64,000 nt of DNA from Folioceros fuciformis (taxonomy: Eukaryota): NCBI GenBank assembly GCA_049999805.1, contig JBNGIO010006342.1, positions 165,778 to 229,777 of the forward strand. Direction: 5' to 3'. A program made the position numbers and the translations under genes. A model generated the notes under the pieces. It saw only the letters and a program-made list of their open reading frames with translations. It was not told the origin of the DNA and did no database searches. Every line of letters begins with the position of its first letter. Position 1 is the first letter of the stretch. Positions 47,601 through 60,779 of this stretch are shown here, one piece after another.

Positions 47601-49454
47601 CTAAAAGCCCAAGGTCTCCTGGGTACTATCCTGTTCCTTAAGCGGTAAACTCGCTCCTCATCATCCTCATCAGAGCGCATAACCCATGCAACAACAAGAA
47701 CAAGTGTCAGCAGCAAGTTGGCCAAAGACTGCCTCAAGATCACCTCACACTTACAGCGATGCTTCAACCCATTGGATCCTACGCCTGAACAGCTTGTCCA
47801 AGAGTGTACCCTAGACACACGTATTGTTTCAAGCACAAGTCTTCACATCATGATCAACGACACCTATCAGCTGTTTGTATCAACTGATGTTCCTATCCTG
47901 AGACCCTAGCAATCAGCCAAGGTGCAAACTCAGTTGTGAGAAGTAAATTCAATGAAAGTTGGAAGGGTCCCGCAGATGGCACACAACACACATGTCATGC
48001 GAGTCACCCTGAGTCACACTCAGCGATTGGGTAGTGCAAAAATATCAGCTGAAGTAAGTTATCCCCCTTTTGATCATCCCGACAAGCAGCCCCTCCAGCG
48101 GTCTCAAACACATTCGTGCATTGATTCTCAGAGTGAGACCCCGACACAGAACTTCCAGAAACTCGGTTCGCGCTGACATTAATTGTTCAGCTCCTAAGAG
48201 CACAACGGGTCGTGACACCGAATACTTGCATACAAGTTCCCATCATCCCCGTCAGGAGAACCCCTACGGCGCTAGCTTGCCAATCTACTCAACAGGAAAA
48301 GACTTCTCACAACTGAGGTTTCTCCTCGACTGCTCTGCACTTATCTGCTTCGTCGCCTAGGATAGGTTGATCTTGCTCTTTGTCAAAAAATTGCAACATT
48401 GTGTATATTTCCACCCCCTACATTATCAGAAAGGGAACTATCCTCATGGTCAGGAGTTTGAGCTACATGAGGAAATGGTTCAGATGATGAGTGTAGAGGT
48501 GTTTCATAGAGCTCATTCAACTCCTTGATGACAATGGGAGTTGCTCCCATTGCTTTGAGAGGATCTAATACTCCAGGAAAAAAAAAATCTCTATTGAAGA
48601 TGATTTTCTTGGTAGCAAGGTGATATAACCTATACCCCTTTACCTCATTGGAGTACCAAAGCATGATGCATTGGATGCCTTTAGGATCCCACTTGGTTTG
48701 GTTTTGCTTTGGAACATGAGCATTAACCATACAACCAAAAATCCTAAAATGACTTACATTAGGTTTGATACCAGACCACGCCTCCTCCGGAGTTATTCCA
48801 AGCATGTACCTAGTTGGAACTCTATTCAAAATGTAAGTTGTTGTAATAATGGCCTTTCCCCAAAAAGGTACTTTCAACTCACTTTGATAGAGCATGCATT
48901 TTGCCGCATTCACTAGGCTTCTTAGCTTGCGCTCTGCTACTCTATTTTGCTCTGACATGTGAGGAATTGTGAGTTTTCTTTGAATGCCACACTCCTTGCA
49001 AAGCTTTTGAATTGAGAAGAGATGTACTCCCCTCCATCGTCACTTCTCAAAGTTTTCAAGCATTCTCCACTCTCGTTTTCCACCAAGACTTCCTGTATCT
49101 TGAATGTGTTAAACACCTTGGATTTCTCCTTCAAGAGATACATCTAACTCTTCCTTGTGAAGTCATCCACCAAGACTAGAATGTAGCACGATCCACCATG
49201 GGTAGGATTCTTCATTAGTCCACATACATTAGCATGTACTAGCTCCAGCTTCATCGTTGCTTAACAAGCTCCGATCTTGGGGAACTTTGTTCGATGAAGC
49301 TTTCCCATTATGCACCCTTGGCATAATTGCACCTCTCCTTCCTCCTCCAATTCCAAGCCTTTCACCATTTGATAACTCTTCATCAACTTGATGTTGTGCA
49401 CTTTGGTGTGTCCCAAGTGTTGATGCCATAAATCAATTGACCTTGTGCTTTAAG

Positions 49455-49710
49455 GTGAGCTTGACACAATTGTGTAAGCTTCTTCAGCGAGCTTGATAGA
49501 ATTGTGTAAGCTTCTTTAGCGAGCTTGATAGAATTGTGTAAGCTTCTTCAGCGAGCTTGATAGCATTGTGTAAGCTTCTTCAGCGAGCTTGATAGCATTG
49601 TGTAAGCTTCTTCCGCGAGCTTGATAGAATTGTGTAAGGTTTCTCGACGAGCTTGATAGAATTGTGTAAGCTTCTTTGGCGAGCTTGATAAAATTATATA
49701 AGCTTCTTCA
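49455..49710. repeat. ~8 x 32-bp tandem array inside copia-3 pol
   Basis: Unit gcgagcttgatagaattgtgtaagcttcttca with minor variants. Confidence 0.9.
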
Positions 49711-50954
49711 TCCCATATAGAAGCACACAACTTGTAGAGATTGCCTTCCCGAACACCTCGAGTTATCACCTTGACAGAAGGTGCTTCAAGATGCTTGGGT
49801 GGGATGTGACATGCTTTTAAATTGAAGACAATCTCATTTCCTCGGTTAGTGATTCTTGTTACTGAAAGAAGATTTTTCACAAGACTAGGTACATGGTGTA
49901 CATCCTTAATAGTACCTTTGGATACTCCTCCAAGTAGCTTAACTTTATCACACCTTTCTCTTTGATCTTGTGTGACTTATTGTCACCAAGTGGCATTTTT
50001 TTGTAGTTTGAGATCCAGGGTTGGTTGTAGGTGAAGTGTTGAGATGCTCCAGGGTCTAGGTATAGACTCTCATCCTTCCCTGATGAGCGATCTCACACTT
50101 TCTTTATCATTGAAGCAGTAAAACGATATTCTTCTTGCTCATTCACTTGATTGGCTTGTGACTATTTTCCTTTCTTCAAGTCAGCCAATCTTGTCCTCCA
50201 GTCTTTTGCATAGTGGTTAGATTTCGTATAATAATGGCAAGTACCCATGTCTTTTTCTTTGTAACTTTCTCCTTTGATCCTTCACCGGAGTTGTCTCGTG
50301 GGGTCTTCCCTTGTGACTTTCCCTTCCTTGAAAAGAGTACCTAGTCACCATTGTGTTCATTCTTGATTGAAATCTCGAGCTCCTCTTGTAGAAACAACCG
50401 AACCTCCTCTTCCATCATTGCTTGTTTATCGCTTGGACGCATCGATGCAGGTGTCCTAAAAGCCAACACAAACTACTTGTACATAGATGGTAAGCTACTC
50501 AACAACACCTCAATAGTCCTTCCTTCGAAAGGTTTAATGTCTGCATTCTTAATTTGATCAACCAAGTTCTTCAACTTGTTCAAATGTTGTTGAATCGTGT
50601 CCCCTTCAACCATCTTGAAGTTGGGAAGTTGTTGCTCCAACAACATCTCACTCACCATACTTCTTTTTTCGTACATGTTGCAAGGGTGGGTCCATGCCTT
50701 CTTCGATGTTGGACACTCACTCAATTGAGAGAGTATGTCATTAGACATGTTGAGAAGGATTGTAGCTAATGCTTGTCCATCCTTATCAAGGTCTCCTTAG
50801 ATGGGTGTGTCTTTAAGGCCCTTGTCAACGAATTTCCATACTCCTCTTTCGATGAGAAGCATCTTCATGTTCAACTTTCTTTCACAATGTGAAGTTCTTG
50901 CCTCCAAATTTCTCCACCAAGCATGTCTTAAGAAGATGTGTCTCCATGCTTGTT

Positions 50955-51056
50955 AACACCATCTATTGTATCCTCTCGTTAACGCCATCTATTGTATCCT
51001 CTCGTTAACGCCATCTATTGTATCCTCTCGTTAACGTCATCTATTGTATCCTCTCA
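50955..51056. repeat. ~4 x 24-27-bp tandem repeat in the copia-3 leader
   Basis: Unit gttaacgccatctattgtatcctctc. Confidence 0.85.
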
Positions 51057-51556
51057 CTTCATTATCAAACACTTAAAGGATTGCTACCAATGCCTTTAGT
51101 AACTATGCAATAAGACTTAACACAAGCACCCAACTATGAGAAGTCTACAAGGCACTATGAGAAGTCTACAAGGCACTAGAACATGGCTCTGATACCATGT
51201 GAGAAATATATGGATCTTACTTTTATTGAGAGGAATTACTTAACAATACACTAGAGGGTGAAAGTCATGTGAGAGCTATAACAGCTCAAACACTGACTCA
51301 TATCTCATCACCGCTCATGACCCCTTATATACTCATTACCATGTTACTATTCTAGAAACTATCTATTCTATAGTAACAATCTTGATTAGACTATAAGCAA
51401 AGTTCTTCTACCACTCTCTTATATGGCATATATATATTTAGCTGTTAATTTAAAATAACTACTCTTTTGATGTGTTGTCCTAAACCGCTCACTTACATAG
51501 GACCGTGATGAGAAGCCTTCGGATGTTCAAGCTGCACGCTCCGAGTTTAAAAAAAA

Positions 51557-53500
51557 ATGGCAGTGTGGACTACGTACAAGGGTAGGCCTGCCCGGAAGTC
51601 TTCCACAAGGGTGTCGATGGAGTGTCCGACATCGATCGGGACCTCGTTGCCTGCAACAATCCCACCATCCTCTTAGATCTGTATTTATGGACGGTAAGCT
51701 CAAGGCATGTGAATTTGATTGGATGACGCAGGAAACAATTTAGCCGAAAGATTGGCCCTACGAGGGGATCGGCTCCAATCTCGTCACTTATTTCACAGAC
51801 GTTTTAGGACAAACCTAGCACTGCTTCTCAGAACGTGAAAAACGAGGCGGGATGTGTCTTCTTCTCTTCGTTTCTGGAAGCCTTCCTTTCCGATGGATAT
51901 CTGGGCCTATGCAAGGCACCCATTGTGTTATCCACAATGCACCTCACTATAAGCGTGCTTACACTTGCAGAGCGCCAACTTCAGATCACGATACTTGTTT
52001 CTTTCCTGCTCAGTTTAGAACATTGCTTTAACTTTGTCAGCTCATCAGGCCTCGTCACCTTTTCTTCCATGGATGTCGGGCAACGACCCCAGGGCCTTGA
52101 TATGTTGCTCTCCTCTGCAACAATGGATGCTCTGAAGCCCACTGCCTTGCTATGGACGTCGACGCCACCTCCGCAAACTGCACCACAAAGACCACGGGAT
52201 GGAGGTTGACGAATTTCTTCCTCTCCATCGACGTTCTAGGCATCAGGGAAGGAGCCTTGAAGACGTTGCCGGACAGACTTCGGCGCAGAACGGTTTGCGA
52301 GGAGGACGACAAGAAGCAACACACAGGCATTCCTACTTCAATCTGTACTTCGCTATGGTTGCGGTGGGAACGTTGATCGCGGTGACCGTAGTGGTTTACA
52401 TGGAAACCAACGTAGGCTGGGCATGGGGATTCGCCATCCCCACAGCTTCATTTGCTCTTGCGTTCTGTGTCTTCCTGATAGGAAACCCTTGTACAGGCAG
52501 CAGCCCCTGGCCGGTGATTCCTGCACCGAGGTTGCTCAAGTCCTCGTTGCTTCTGTGAGAAAATGGCGGGTCAGGGTACCGGCGGACAAGAACCTGCTCT
52601 CCGAGGTGCCTGGTAGGAAGTTTTTCACTCCACAGAGACGGCACCTGCTGCACACGGATTCCTTCACGTATGTGCCATGTCTCTACTGTGGAACGCAGAT
52701 CGATGCAACTGCCAGCAATGTTTGCTTCAAATAAGGGCATGCTCATGTGCAACTGGAATGACCCTGAATGCAGATTCCTGGACACGGCAGCAGCCATCCG
52801 CAGGGAGGAGGATAAAAGCAGCCCCTGGAAGCTGTGCACCGTGACACAAGTTCAGGAAGTGAAGATGCTGATGAATACACTCCCTGTTTGGCTGCTCAGT
52901 CTCGTGCTCGTGACATCCTATTCTCAAATCCACACGCCCTTCATCAGGCAGGGCAACACAATGGCCAACAAGCTGGGCCCGCACTTCCGCATTCCTCCAT
53001 CATCCTCCAGATCTTCGCCCACGGAACTGTGGTGGTTGGGCTCATTATCTGCGACAAATGCTTCGTGCCTCTGGGCAGGAGATACACTGGTAATCCCAGG
53101 GGAATCTCGGTCCTCCAGCGCCTTCGAGTGTGCTTCTTCCTGTCTTCTGTGGCCATGATAGTTGCAGCACACACAGAGAGGCATAGGCTGGAGTACGTGA
53201 GAGACCATGAGATGGCGAACGTGCCCAACGCCAAGCTGCCTCTCAGCAGCGTCCGGCTTGTTCCTCAGTACGTACTGGCGGGTCTTTCAGATGTCTTCAG
53301 AACTTTCTCAGGAGCGCTTTCATCAGCATTACATCCGCAATTGCTGGTCGACATCGGCCTTGGGTTGGACAGAACGTGAACACCTCCCGACTGCACAAGT
53401 TCTTTGGGCTGTTGGCTGTTCTTGGGATTATAGACCTCATCGTCTTCATGTCCGTTGCACCGAGATTTCTGTATAGAAAGACAGAGGACAGGACACCCCC
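51557..53500 (+). pseudogene. NPF (NRT1/PTR) transporter pseudogene with multiple frameshifts
   Basis: YKGRPARKS; AERLA..SNLVTYFTDVL; AFLSDGYLG; SYFNLYFAMVAVGTLIAVTVVVYMETNVGWAWGFAIP; RFLDTAA..WKLCTVTQVQEVK; RQGNTM..GPHFRIPP; GISVLQR; LVPQY. Confidence 0.85.
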
Positions 53501-54901
53501 GGCTGAAATATTAGAATAGCTGGAAGCCGGAGGTGTTAGAATCACCGTAGCTTGGATACTTAGCGCAGTGCATCCAGATTTTGATGCGGTGGTCAACATC
53601 ACATCTCCTGGTGAGATGTTCTCGTACAAATCCGGTCACAGGAAAAAAAGGTTTTGCAGGTCGTTGGATGAACTTCCAAGAAAAAGGTTTATGGCTTTCC
53701 TCCGTCGTGGACTTTTTATGTCTTCGTTGAGCCATTGTTTTGGAAGAAGTTATTTGGATACCAATGTATCATACTAAGTAGAAGATTAAAATTCACATAG
53801 AAAGTAAATATCATAGTAAATATTTGAGAAGACCACACTCAGAGGTACCTATCGCTCTCAACATGTCCGTGATCGGAGTTGCCAAGGGGCTAACTTTTCG
53901 AAGGTGCCGATAAAGCCACCAATCCTATGTTGGTTATTGCCATCTTGTAAATTTGTTTGGCTGGCACTCTTTGCATAGCAATGGAGATGCATTCTCAAGA
54001 GAGAAAGCATGGGCAAGGCTGTTAAGAGATGAAGACATGATAGTGCTACATGAGAGCTTTAAACCATGCCCTTGTACAAGTGATTTATATATAATTCCAG
54101 AGCCCTTTTAATCCATCGATGTGAATAGACCTTCAAGGGGTGCAATGCCGTTTGAGTTATTAGTCCATTCGTTTTGGCACGAGAGATTCGCTCATCTCAT
54201 ACGGTTTGCTCGCAATTGTTTTTCTGATTTCTCTCATTCCCTGTCGCCTGGATGTTGGTCTCCACCATGTACCCTCATTTTGCCGCTTGGAGTCCTCCCT
54301 AGCTTGTTTGATGCGAGGGCACGATAGGCATGTCGAAATATTAACACGTGACTGGATACTGTGCCGTTGCAACATCTCTTTAGGCTGGTAGATTCGATAT
54401 AGACGCGTATGGGACTCTACATGTCAGTGCTCTGCCATTTTCACCTCTTGTTTTGAGTTCTGTGCGACTTGCTGCGATGTTTTAACATTCCCTGTTGTCC
54501 CTGCCAACCAAGCCTGCCAACATGTAATGTTGTTTCTTCGCCAGACTGGCTCAAGTGTTCCAACTTCCAAATTCAGAGACCTGCTTTCCAGGTAAGTGCG
54601 TTACCGGTCCTCACTACCAACCAGGCCAGCCAACGTGTAATGTTTTTTTCTTTCTCCAGACTGCCAAAAATTTATTCCGAGTTCCAGATTTCAGTCTTGT
54701 TTTCGTTGAGCATGTGTAGATTTGAGAGTCTTCAAGCCTGCCCTTGTCTGGCAGAGCGAAGATACAGGGCAGCCTAGCCTCTTAACCGATTTCATGGACT
54801 TCGCCGCTATCTATTTGTCCCTTTTGCTTTTAAAGAATGACGCACCATTCTCAACATGCTCTGAAGATGTGCAGCCGCCCGGGCATCTCGGCCCACAAGC
54901 T

Positions 54902-55950
54902 TTAGCCTAACTGCTTCTCTGCTCCATTTCTTTCCCGCCTCACGTTCATCTCCTGCGCTCCTCCAACATATAATGTAGAATCCTTGCTGCCGAGCTTGGT
55001 TGGCTCATCAGAATACCGTTCCTCCCATGTTCCACTGAACTTTTGACAGGCTCCCAAGAAAGTGCACCAGACTGCAGCATCAGGGTGTGCATGTACTGTC
55101 CTGTCCAACCCTAGAGCCTCATCCACATGACCAGCACGACCCAGCAGGTCCACCATGGATGTGTAGTGCTCCCCAGTGGGAGTTAGGCCATAGTTCTTGC
55201 TCTTATCCTTGAAGCACTTTCGCCCCTTGTTCACTGGAAACGTATGGCTGCATGCCATAACGGTTAGCAAACTCGGCCGGGGTGTCAACACTTGCCCATG
55301 TCTGCAGGAGGCACACACATGTCGCACCCTTCCTGCAGCATACGGCTGTAGAGACAAAGAGCTTCCAGACCCATGCCCTGCTGAGAATATCCCGCCATCA
55401 CGAAGTTCCATGTCACCACATTCTTTGTTCAAGGGCATCAAACACTCTCTTCGCGTCCTCCAAGATGCTACGCTTGGCATACACGTCCACCAGGCTGCTA
55501 CAAACCAAGGAACCAAGCTCAACTCCACTGACCAACACATGAGTATGCTCCTGCTGTCCGGTCTCCAAGTCTGCTTCCCATGCACAGGCCTGCAGCGCTG
55601 CGACGAACACATGCGCACTTGACTTTACCCCAGACTTGCACATCTTCCTTTACTGCTCAGTGGCCCGCCGGTTGATCATGCCCACCTGCTACAGCCATCA
55701 TCAACCGGCGAGCGCAAGTAACCGATCCCCATGTCCACGTCCAGAGCAACCTGCTGCTCATCCACCCTGGCTGGCTCGTACAAACTGTTCAACCAAAGGA
55801 CCTCGTGGGACTCCTTGCGCCGGGCGGTAGGCGAGCGGGAGCAATTCTTGAGCTCCATGGTGTCCCACCACAGAGTGCTCCATGGAAAACTGCTGCCACC
55901 ATCGGGTTTGGGTTGAGTGGGCATGGAAAATTTTGTTACCGATACCACTC
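54902..55950 (-). pseudogene. PLS-class PPR pseudogene fragment
   Basis: FVAALQACA..SSLVDVYAKRSILEDAKRVFD; ACSH..NKGRKCF..YGLTPTGEHYTSMVDLLGRAGHVDEA..PDAAVWCTFLGAC, spread over shifted frames. Confidence 0.8.
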
Positions 55951-58900
55951 GGAAGCAATCTCAAGGGGAGAAGGTGACGCAGAGAATGACGTTCCTACAC
56001 AGCAGCAGGGGCAGGAGGGAAAGCAAGCGGCCGAGTGGAGGAAGTGAGTTGAGTAAAAGGCTCTAGCAATGGTCCTGTATCATTTTACAGTGACCGAACC
56101 TATCAGGACAAGGCTGGTCTCAGATCCTTGTGTAACGTTGTCATCACGATACTACTGAGGGGAGTGGAAATTGACCAGCCAGGACCAGCCCCTGCCGTTG
56201 GCCTTTGACAGCGGAAAGCTAAAAGTGGTCACTCCTGTTGACCACGCCACGATCGAGCAACCGAAGGGCTGTATGTCAGCGTTTGGCTTCCTGGCTTACA
56301 AATGGGTCACAAACATGCCAAAGTCGGGTGATGTCAATGTACAAAAGTTACAATACCGTGCCTGCTGGGAGGCGGGATATCGGGGGCCAGCATTGCCTTC
56401 CTGCCTCTTTCAACTTGATTCATATATGTGATGGTTTGGTTGGTGGAAGTGGGCTATGGTGAGGTGGCACTCACAACTGCAGAGTCTGATATATGAAAAT
56501 GCTCACTCTGGCTGAGAACAGAGTCTGCCACATAATATGCTTGCTCTGTCTGACTGCATAGTCTGGATACATGAATGTTTCCCCTGTTTGAATGCAGGGT
56601 ATGACAGGTGACAATGCGCATCCTCTGTATGATTGCAGAGTCTGATACGTGCAAACGTTAACTGTGTTTGACATCAAAATGTGGTACATGAAAAAGCTTG
56701 CTCTGTTTGACTTCGCATCCGACTGCTTGCCATGGTAGTCTATCGAGCAGGTGCTCTTCGTGATTAGGAACGGAGCACTGCCAAACTTTCAGCTTGAGCT
56801 GTCTGCTCTTTCCGTACTGAATCCATCCACCTGTACATCCTCTTTCGGTTGCGAAAGCTTTTGCAATGATAGAAAACAACCTGGAAAACAGGCATGTAAC
56901 ATCGACTCTGCATTCGCCGTCGGAGGGCGTAGCTTTTCTCTACACAGTCTCTGGATGACAATACTTCACACTCTCTGAATGAGATTTTTCTACATGATTC
57001 TGGACGAGAATCCAGATAGAAAGGTGCCTGGCTACCTAGCGCTGTTGTGACCAGTTTAAAGATGCCTAAACCGGATCTAACCTCTATAGAGTTACAACGG
57101 TGAGCACTGGCCGACTCCGGTGAGGCGTCCGACTATCACCTCAAAACGGCCAGCTCCAGTGCCACCACCGGACAGTCAAAAACACAACCTCCACATGCGC
57201 AGATGTCTACAATCCTGCTCTAAAAAAGTTTCAACCAGAATGGCGGCTCTCACGTCGGACCACGTCTTGGTGCAAACTCAGAAAACAAGAGCAGCAAAAA
57301 ATGTTCACACTCCAACTCGCGGGGAGCAAGGCCGCAACGGCAGCCTCCTCCTCCCCAAATCTTCAACCTTCCTGACCTGCTACCCCGCCTTGTCCTCTGA
57401 GAGCTCACCAGACCGATTTGATCTTCAGCGAGCGCAGGCAACCGGGCAGTAAAATCTTCGACATGAGTAGCGACGCATTTCGGACGAGACTTCAGTCAAT
57501 CACCGCAAATCGGCCATCGGTCAGCCTCAACCCTCCGAGCCCGTTCCAAAGAGCCTTCCATCCCTCAACTTGAAAATTAGCGACTCCGAAGAGCTGATTC
57601 AGAGCCGCATCCCGGCGTAATAGATCAAGTTCTCAGCACCAGGATCCGGAGGAGACGAAATTTCCTCCAAAAACCTGCAGGTGACGGAGCTGAATTTGCA
57701 AGCGGAGTCCATGATGGAAGCCATCACCTCCAAGAGGGCCCGGAACACAGCAACGGTGAGCGCCGGGTTGAACATGATGCTGTGGTCGGAAGAAGTGCGC
57801 GCGCCTACTCGGAAATGGCGGATGGACTCGAGAGCCAGACGCAAGTTCCCGCCGCCTGCATTCTGCGTACTCCGACCACGCAGGAACCGGGCGGCAGGCC
57901 AGCTACATAGGTGAGTGACACTCTACCGACAACAAGCGCATGTTCTAGTAGAGTCGGTGGAGGTCGGAGCCTGCCCTGCTGGATTTTACACGTTGGACCG
58001 TCACCGTGCCATTCCCGCCGACTGGCACGGCCCGATCACACATAATATCAAGACAATTTTAATGAAAATGTGATTAAAAAATGAGCTGAAAAAATCATCA
58101 CCGAGTATGAATCTGGATACTAGACCGCCCCATGTGGGATATTATGCAGCCCCGGCCAATAACAGGCTCCCGCGTAACCAGACTGGTGAGATATCTAGAT
58201 ACTCGTGGCCGATATGTGGACGGCGTGGTGCCCGCCCTTTAAGGGCTGGACGGAGGCCAGTACATAATAAAACATTATGCAGAGAAATCGGCCACGTCGC
58301 GCGCCAAATCTTTTTCTGCAACGCCAACTTGGCGTGAGCTCGGAAGACGCGCCGGCTCTTGCGCTTGTGCTTGCACTGGTGTTAAGGGTTCCTGCTTCCG
58401 TACGAACGACACAGCTGGAAGGGCCCAGGAGTTAGGACCCGGTGGGCTAATACGGCCGCCGACCTCCAGCACAAGCCAGCACTGCCGCTCCAATGCTTGG
58501 CCAGGTTTCGATTGGGCAGGCCATTTCCCACTGTGCGGCGTCTGTGATTGGTGATGGAATCGAGCGCCCTCCCACATGCGCCGATGATGCGGATGCAGAC
58601 GCCCACAGGAAAGACCGCGCGCACATGGGGAAAGTTCCTAAAAAGCGGCCGCATTTTGGAATCTGTGTAACCTCATGCAAGTTACAGATCTCGTCTCGTT
58701 CAGGACAAGACGGAGAGGAGTCGAGGTAGGCCTGTTTTGCCCCCACAAGAGCGGCACTTCTTTGCACAGTTTCTCGTCACGTGGGGAGCCGGGTTCTATC
58801 TAGGAATCTCAAAACGCCACAGGCGATGGTGTACGGCTCACAGACAGCGAGATTGCCGAGCAGAAACACGGATATGTACAGTAGTTACCGGCCTTTCATC

Positions 58901-59379
58901 TGTCGCGACCCGCCAGCTAATTGAATTCCACTGAACTTTTGTTATGTATCTCATAGGTTGCATCCACGTAACTAAAATTAGTTTAGTGTCCTGGTCGAAA
59001 AGCATGTGAAGTTTACGACTCTAAACTACTTACTCCTTCTAAATGCAGAATAATAAAAGACATACCTACCACCGGTTGCCGAAGAAGCTGCTTGACGTAC
59101 ACATGTTGTTTTAAAGATTGTGTTGGCCAATCCCCTTTGCAAAATAATGGATACATGTTGTCGCAAGAAGGCCACCTCTTTGCAAAATAATGGATACATG
59201 TTGTCGCAAGAAGGCCACCACTGAGAAAGAGAATCTCATTTCTGTAACTACAATACACCTTTGCACACTCCTTGATGAACCTTTAAAAGTCCTTGCCCAT
59301 GGCCTCATGGGTCTCAAGAGCGAGAGGATGAAAATATGCTCTTCCTACAAGGGAGAATACTTATGCACTTTGGCACTAC

Positions 59380-60250
59380 ACAACCTTTCACTGCCCATCA
59401 AGGTGGTTGATGACAACATGCTCATAAACCGTAGTCCTAAAAGGAAGTAGCGCCTTACGAGCCTCCCAAGGTAAAAAGTTCTTTGCTTGTCTAAGAGATA
59501 TTTGTAAGGGAAAAAATGCCCTTCTCAACACATGAGGTATTATCTTCAAGAAGGGGGAAATCTTGGAGCAAAACACGAGAGACCAAAATTGGAACGAAGA
59601 GGTAAGCTAATCGCCGGGCAAAGTAGGAAGAAAGAATACTAAACACAATCTAATGATCATTGATCCATCATATGAGCCAAGTCTTCATCCAAAACCGCAT
59701 CAACAAACGTGTAAAAAAATTTGGGAAGTCCTACTAGAATGCCTAAGATGCGAAGTCCTTGTGAGATGGCGATATCTTTCACCCCTCCCCCCTCAAATAT
59801 TGCGGGGGGGAGTGATGATTGAGGACCAAACCCATGCTAAGCCTATGGTTAAGCATTTAGATAGTAACCCTCAACCCACCTTAGTGAGCTCCGAGAAGAA
59901 GAGCTCAAAGGTTGCTTTGACTATTACTCCTTGCTTGAGAACATAAGTGTTACCAAGCACGAATGAGAAAAGGCATTCCCGAAATGCGAAAGAAATAGAA
60001 AACAACGCTTGAAAATGCACATGGCAAAAAGAGCACCCTTTGGTTTCATATGTATCCTTGTAGACTATGTAAGTTGTCCCAATCAAGTTTTTCTTTCTAC
60101 CAAAGAAAAAAGCACCCCCTAGCAAATCGCCTTGCCTTGTGCCCATTGTTAAATTAAAAACTAAGACCCCCTCAATGGCCGAGCTGTATTGGAAGGGCTT
60201 ACAACCATCATCCGCAGCAAGCAATATTCAACAACTTGCCCTTGGGAGCC
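59380..60250 (-). mobile_element. Decayed non-LTR retrotransposon RT fragment
   Basis: PFQYSS..MGTRQGDLLGGAFF resembles the non-LTR RT G(V/T)RQGDPL motif. The rest is too decayed to read. Confidence 0.45.
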
Positions 60251-60779
60251 GGAAGGAGGTTTGGAGTTTTTGAGACATGTACCAATGGCTGAAATTGGGG
60301 CAGCTCCGCTACTAGCGTTGCGTGCGCGAGATAAAAAGGGGTTGGACAGTAGCTTGTTGCCCCAGGTTTTAGCACATCTGAAGGCAGGGCTTGTGGGGTT
60401 GAGGCCTTACATAACAACTGGAGACAATGAGTGGTGGGAGAGCTTCTGGAAGGACCAGGAAGAGATTGCAGTCATTGTTGAGAACAAGATCGGTATTATG
60501 CTTCAAGCGCCATGGAGATGGGTGGCGATCAAAGCATCAGCAGAGCCCATTGTTATGCCGGACGTAAGTTTGCTGGATGATGCTTTATTACGTGACCTTC
60601 CTCGTCACTATATGTATCTTGGAGGATATCAAAGCTGCCAAAGACAACGAGAAGAAATGGATAGGTTGAATGGAGACGCTTTAGAAATACAAAAGGACAT
60701 GTATATTGTGACACCTTGCTTCACTGACATGCATAACAGACTATTTTGGATTGCAAGGGTTGTTGAAGTGAGGCTGTAG
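60189..60779 (+). other. Unassigned 196-codon open frame, probably transposon-derived
   Basis: Protein-like composition, and the frame seems to continue past stops to ~61090. No recognised family. Confidence 0.25.

Larger units (their letters stand above)
36000..47680 (-). mobile_element. Degenerate Ty3/gypsy retrotransposon: Gag-PR-DNMT3-like MTase-RT-(RNase H deleted)-IN-PHD, interrupted by copia-2
   Basis: Gag from ~47680 with two CCHC knuckles (CNRCTSAEHLASAC, CSHCHKTGHVVAVC); retropepsin VLLDAG..YDILLGQEFL; MTase motifs I-X; RT RMCRDYRPL..DRYPMP..MPFGFKNAP..YIDDVLV..YLGH; integrase YDLAG..VEHFSKW..TNQGAEF..HPQADGLTERMVQT; PHD; G9 PPT-like run at 36009-36017. Confidence 0.92.
48383..51497 (-). 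mobile_element. Truncated degenerate Ty1/copia (copia-3): 5' LTR 51198-51497, PBS, gag, protease, integrase; RT/RNase H absent
   Basis: PBS TGGTATCAGAGC at 51186-51197. LTR termini TGTAAG...CTCACA. UBN2-like gag; LDPGASQH; LRSDDGGEY; EEAWSGIKPNVSHFRIFGC..KGYRLY. Confidence 0.88.

Noticed and set aside
49455-49710. 32-bp array as CRISPR or a coding repeat
   Set aside because: No spacers; a simple tandem amplification inside a dead copia pol.
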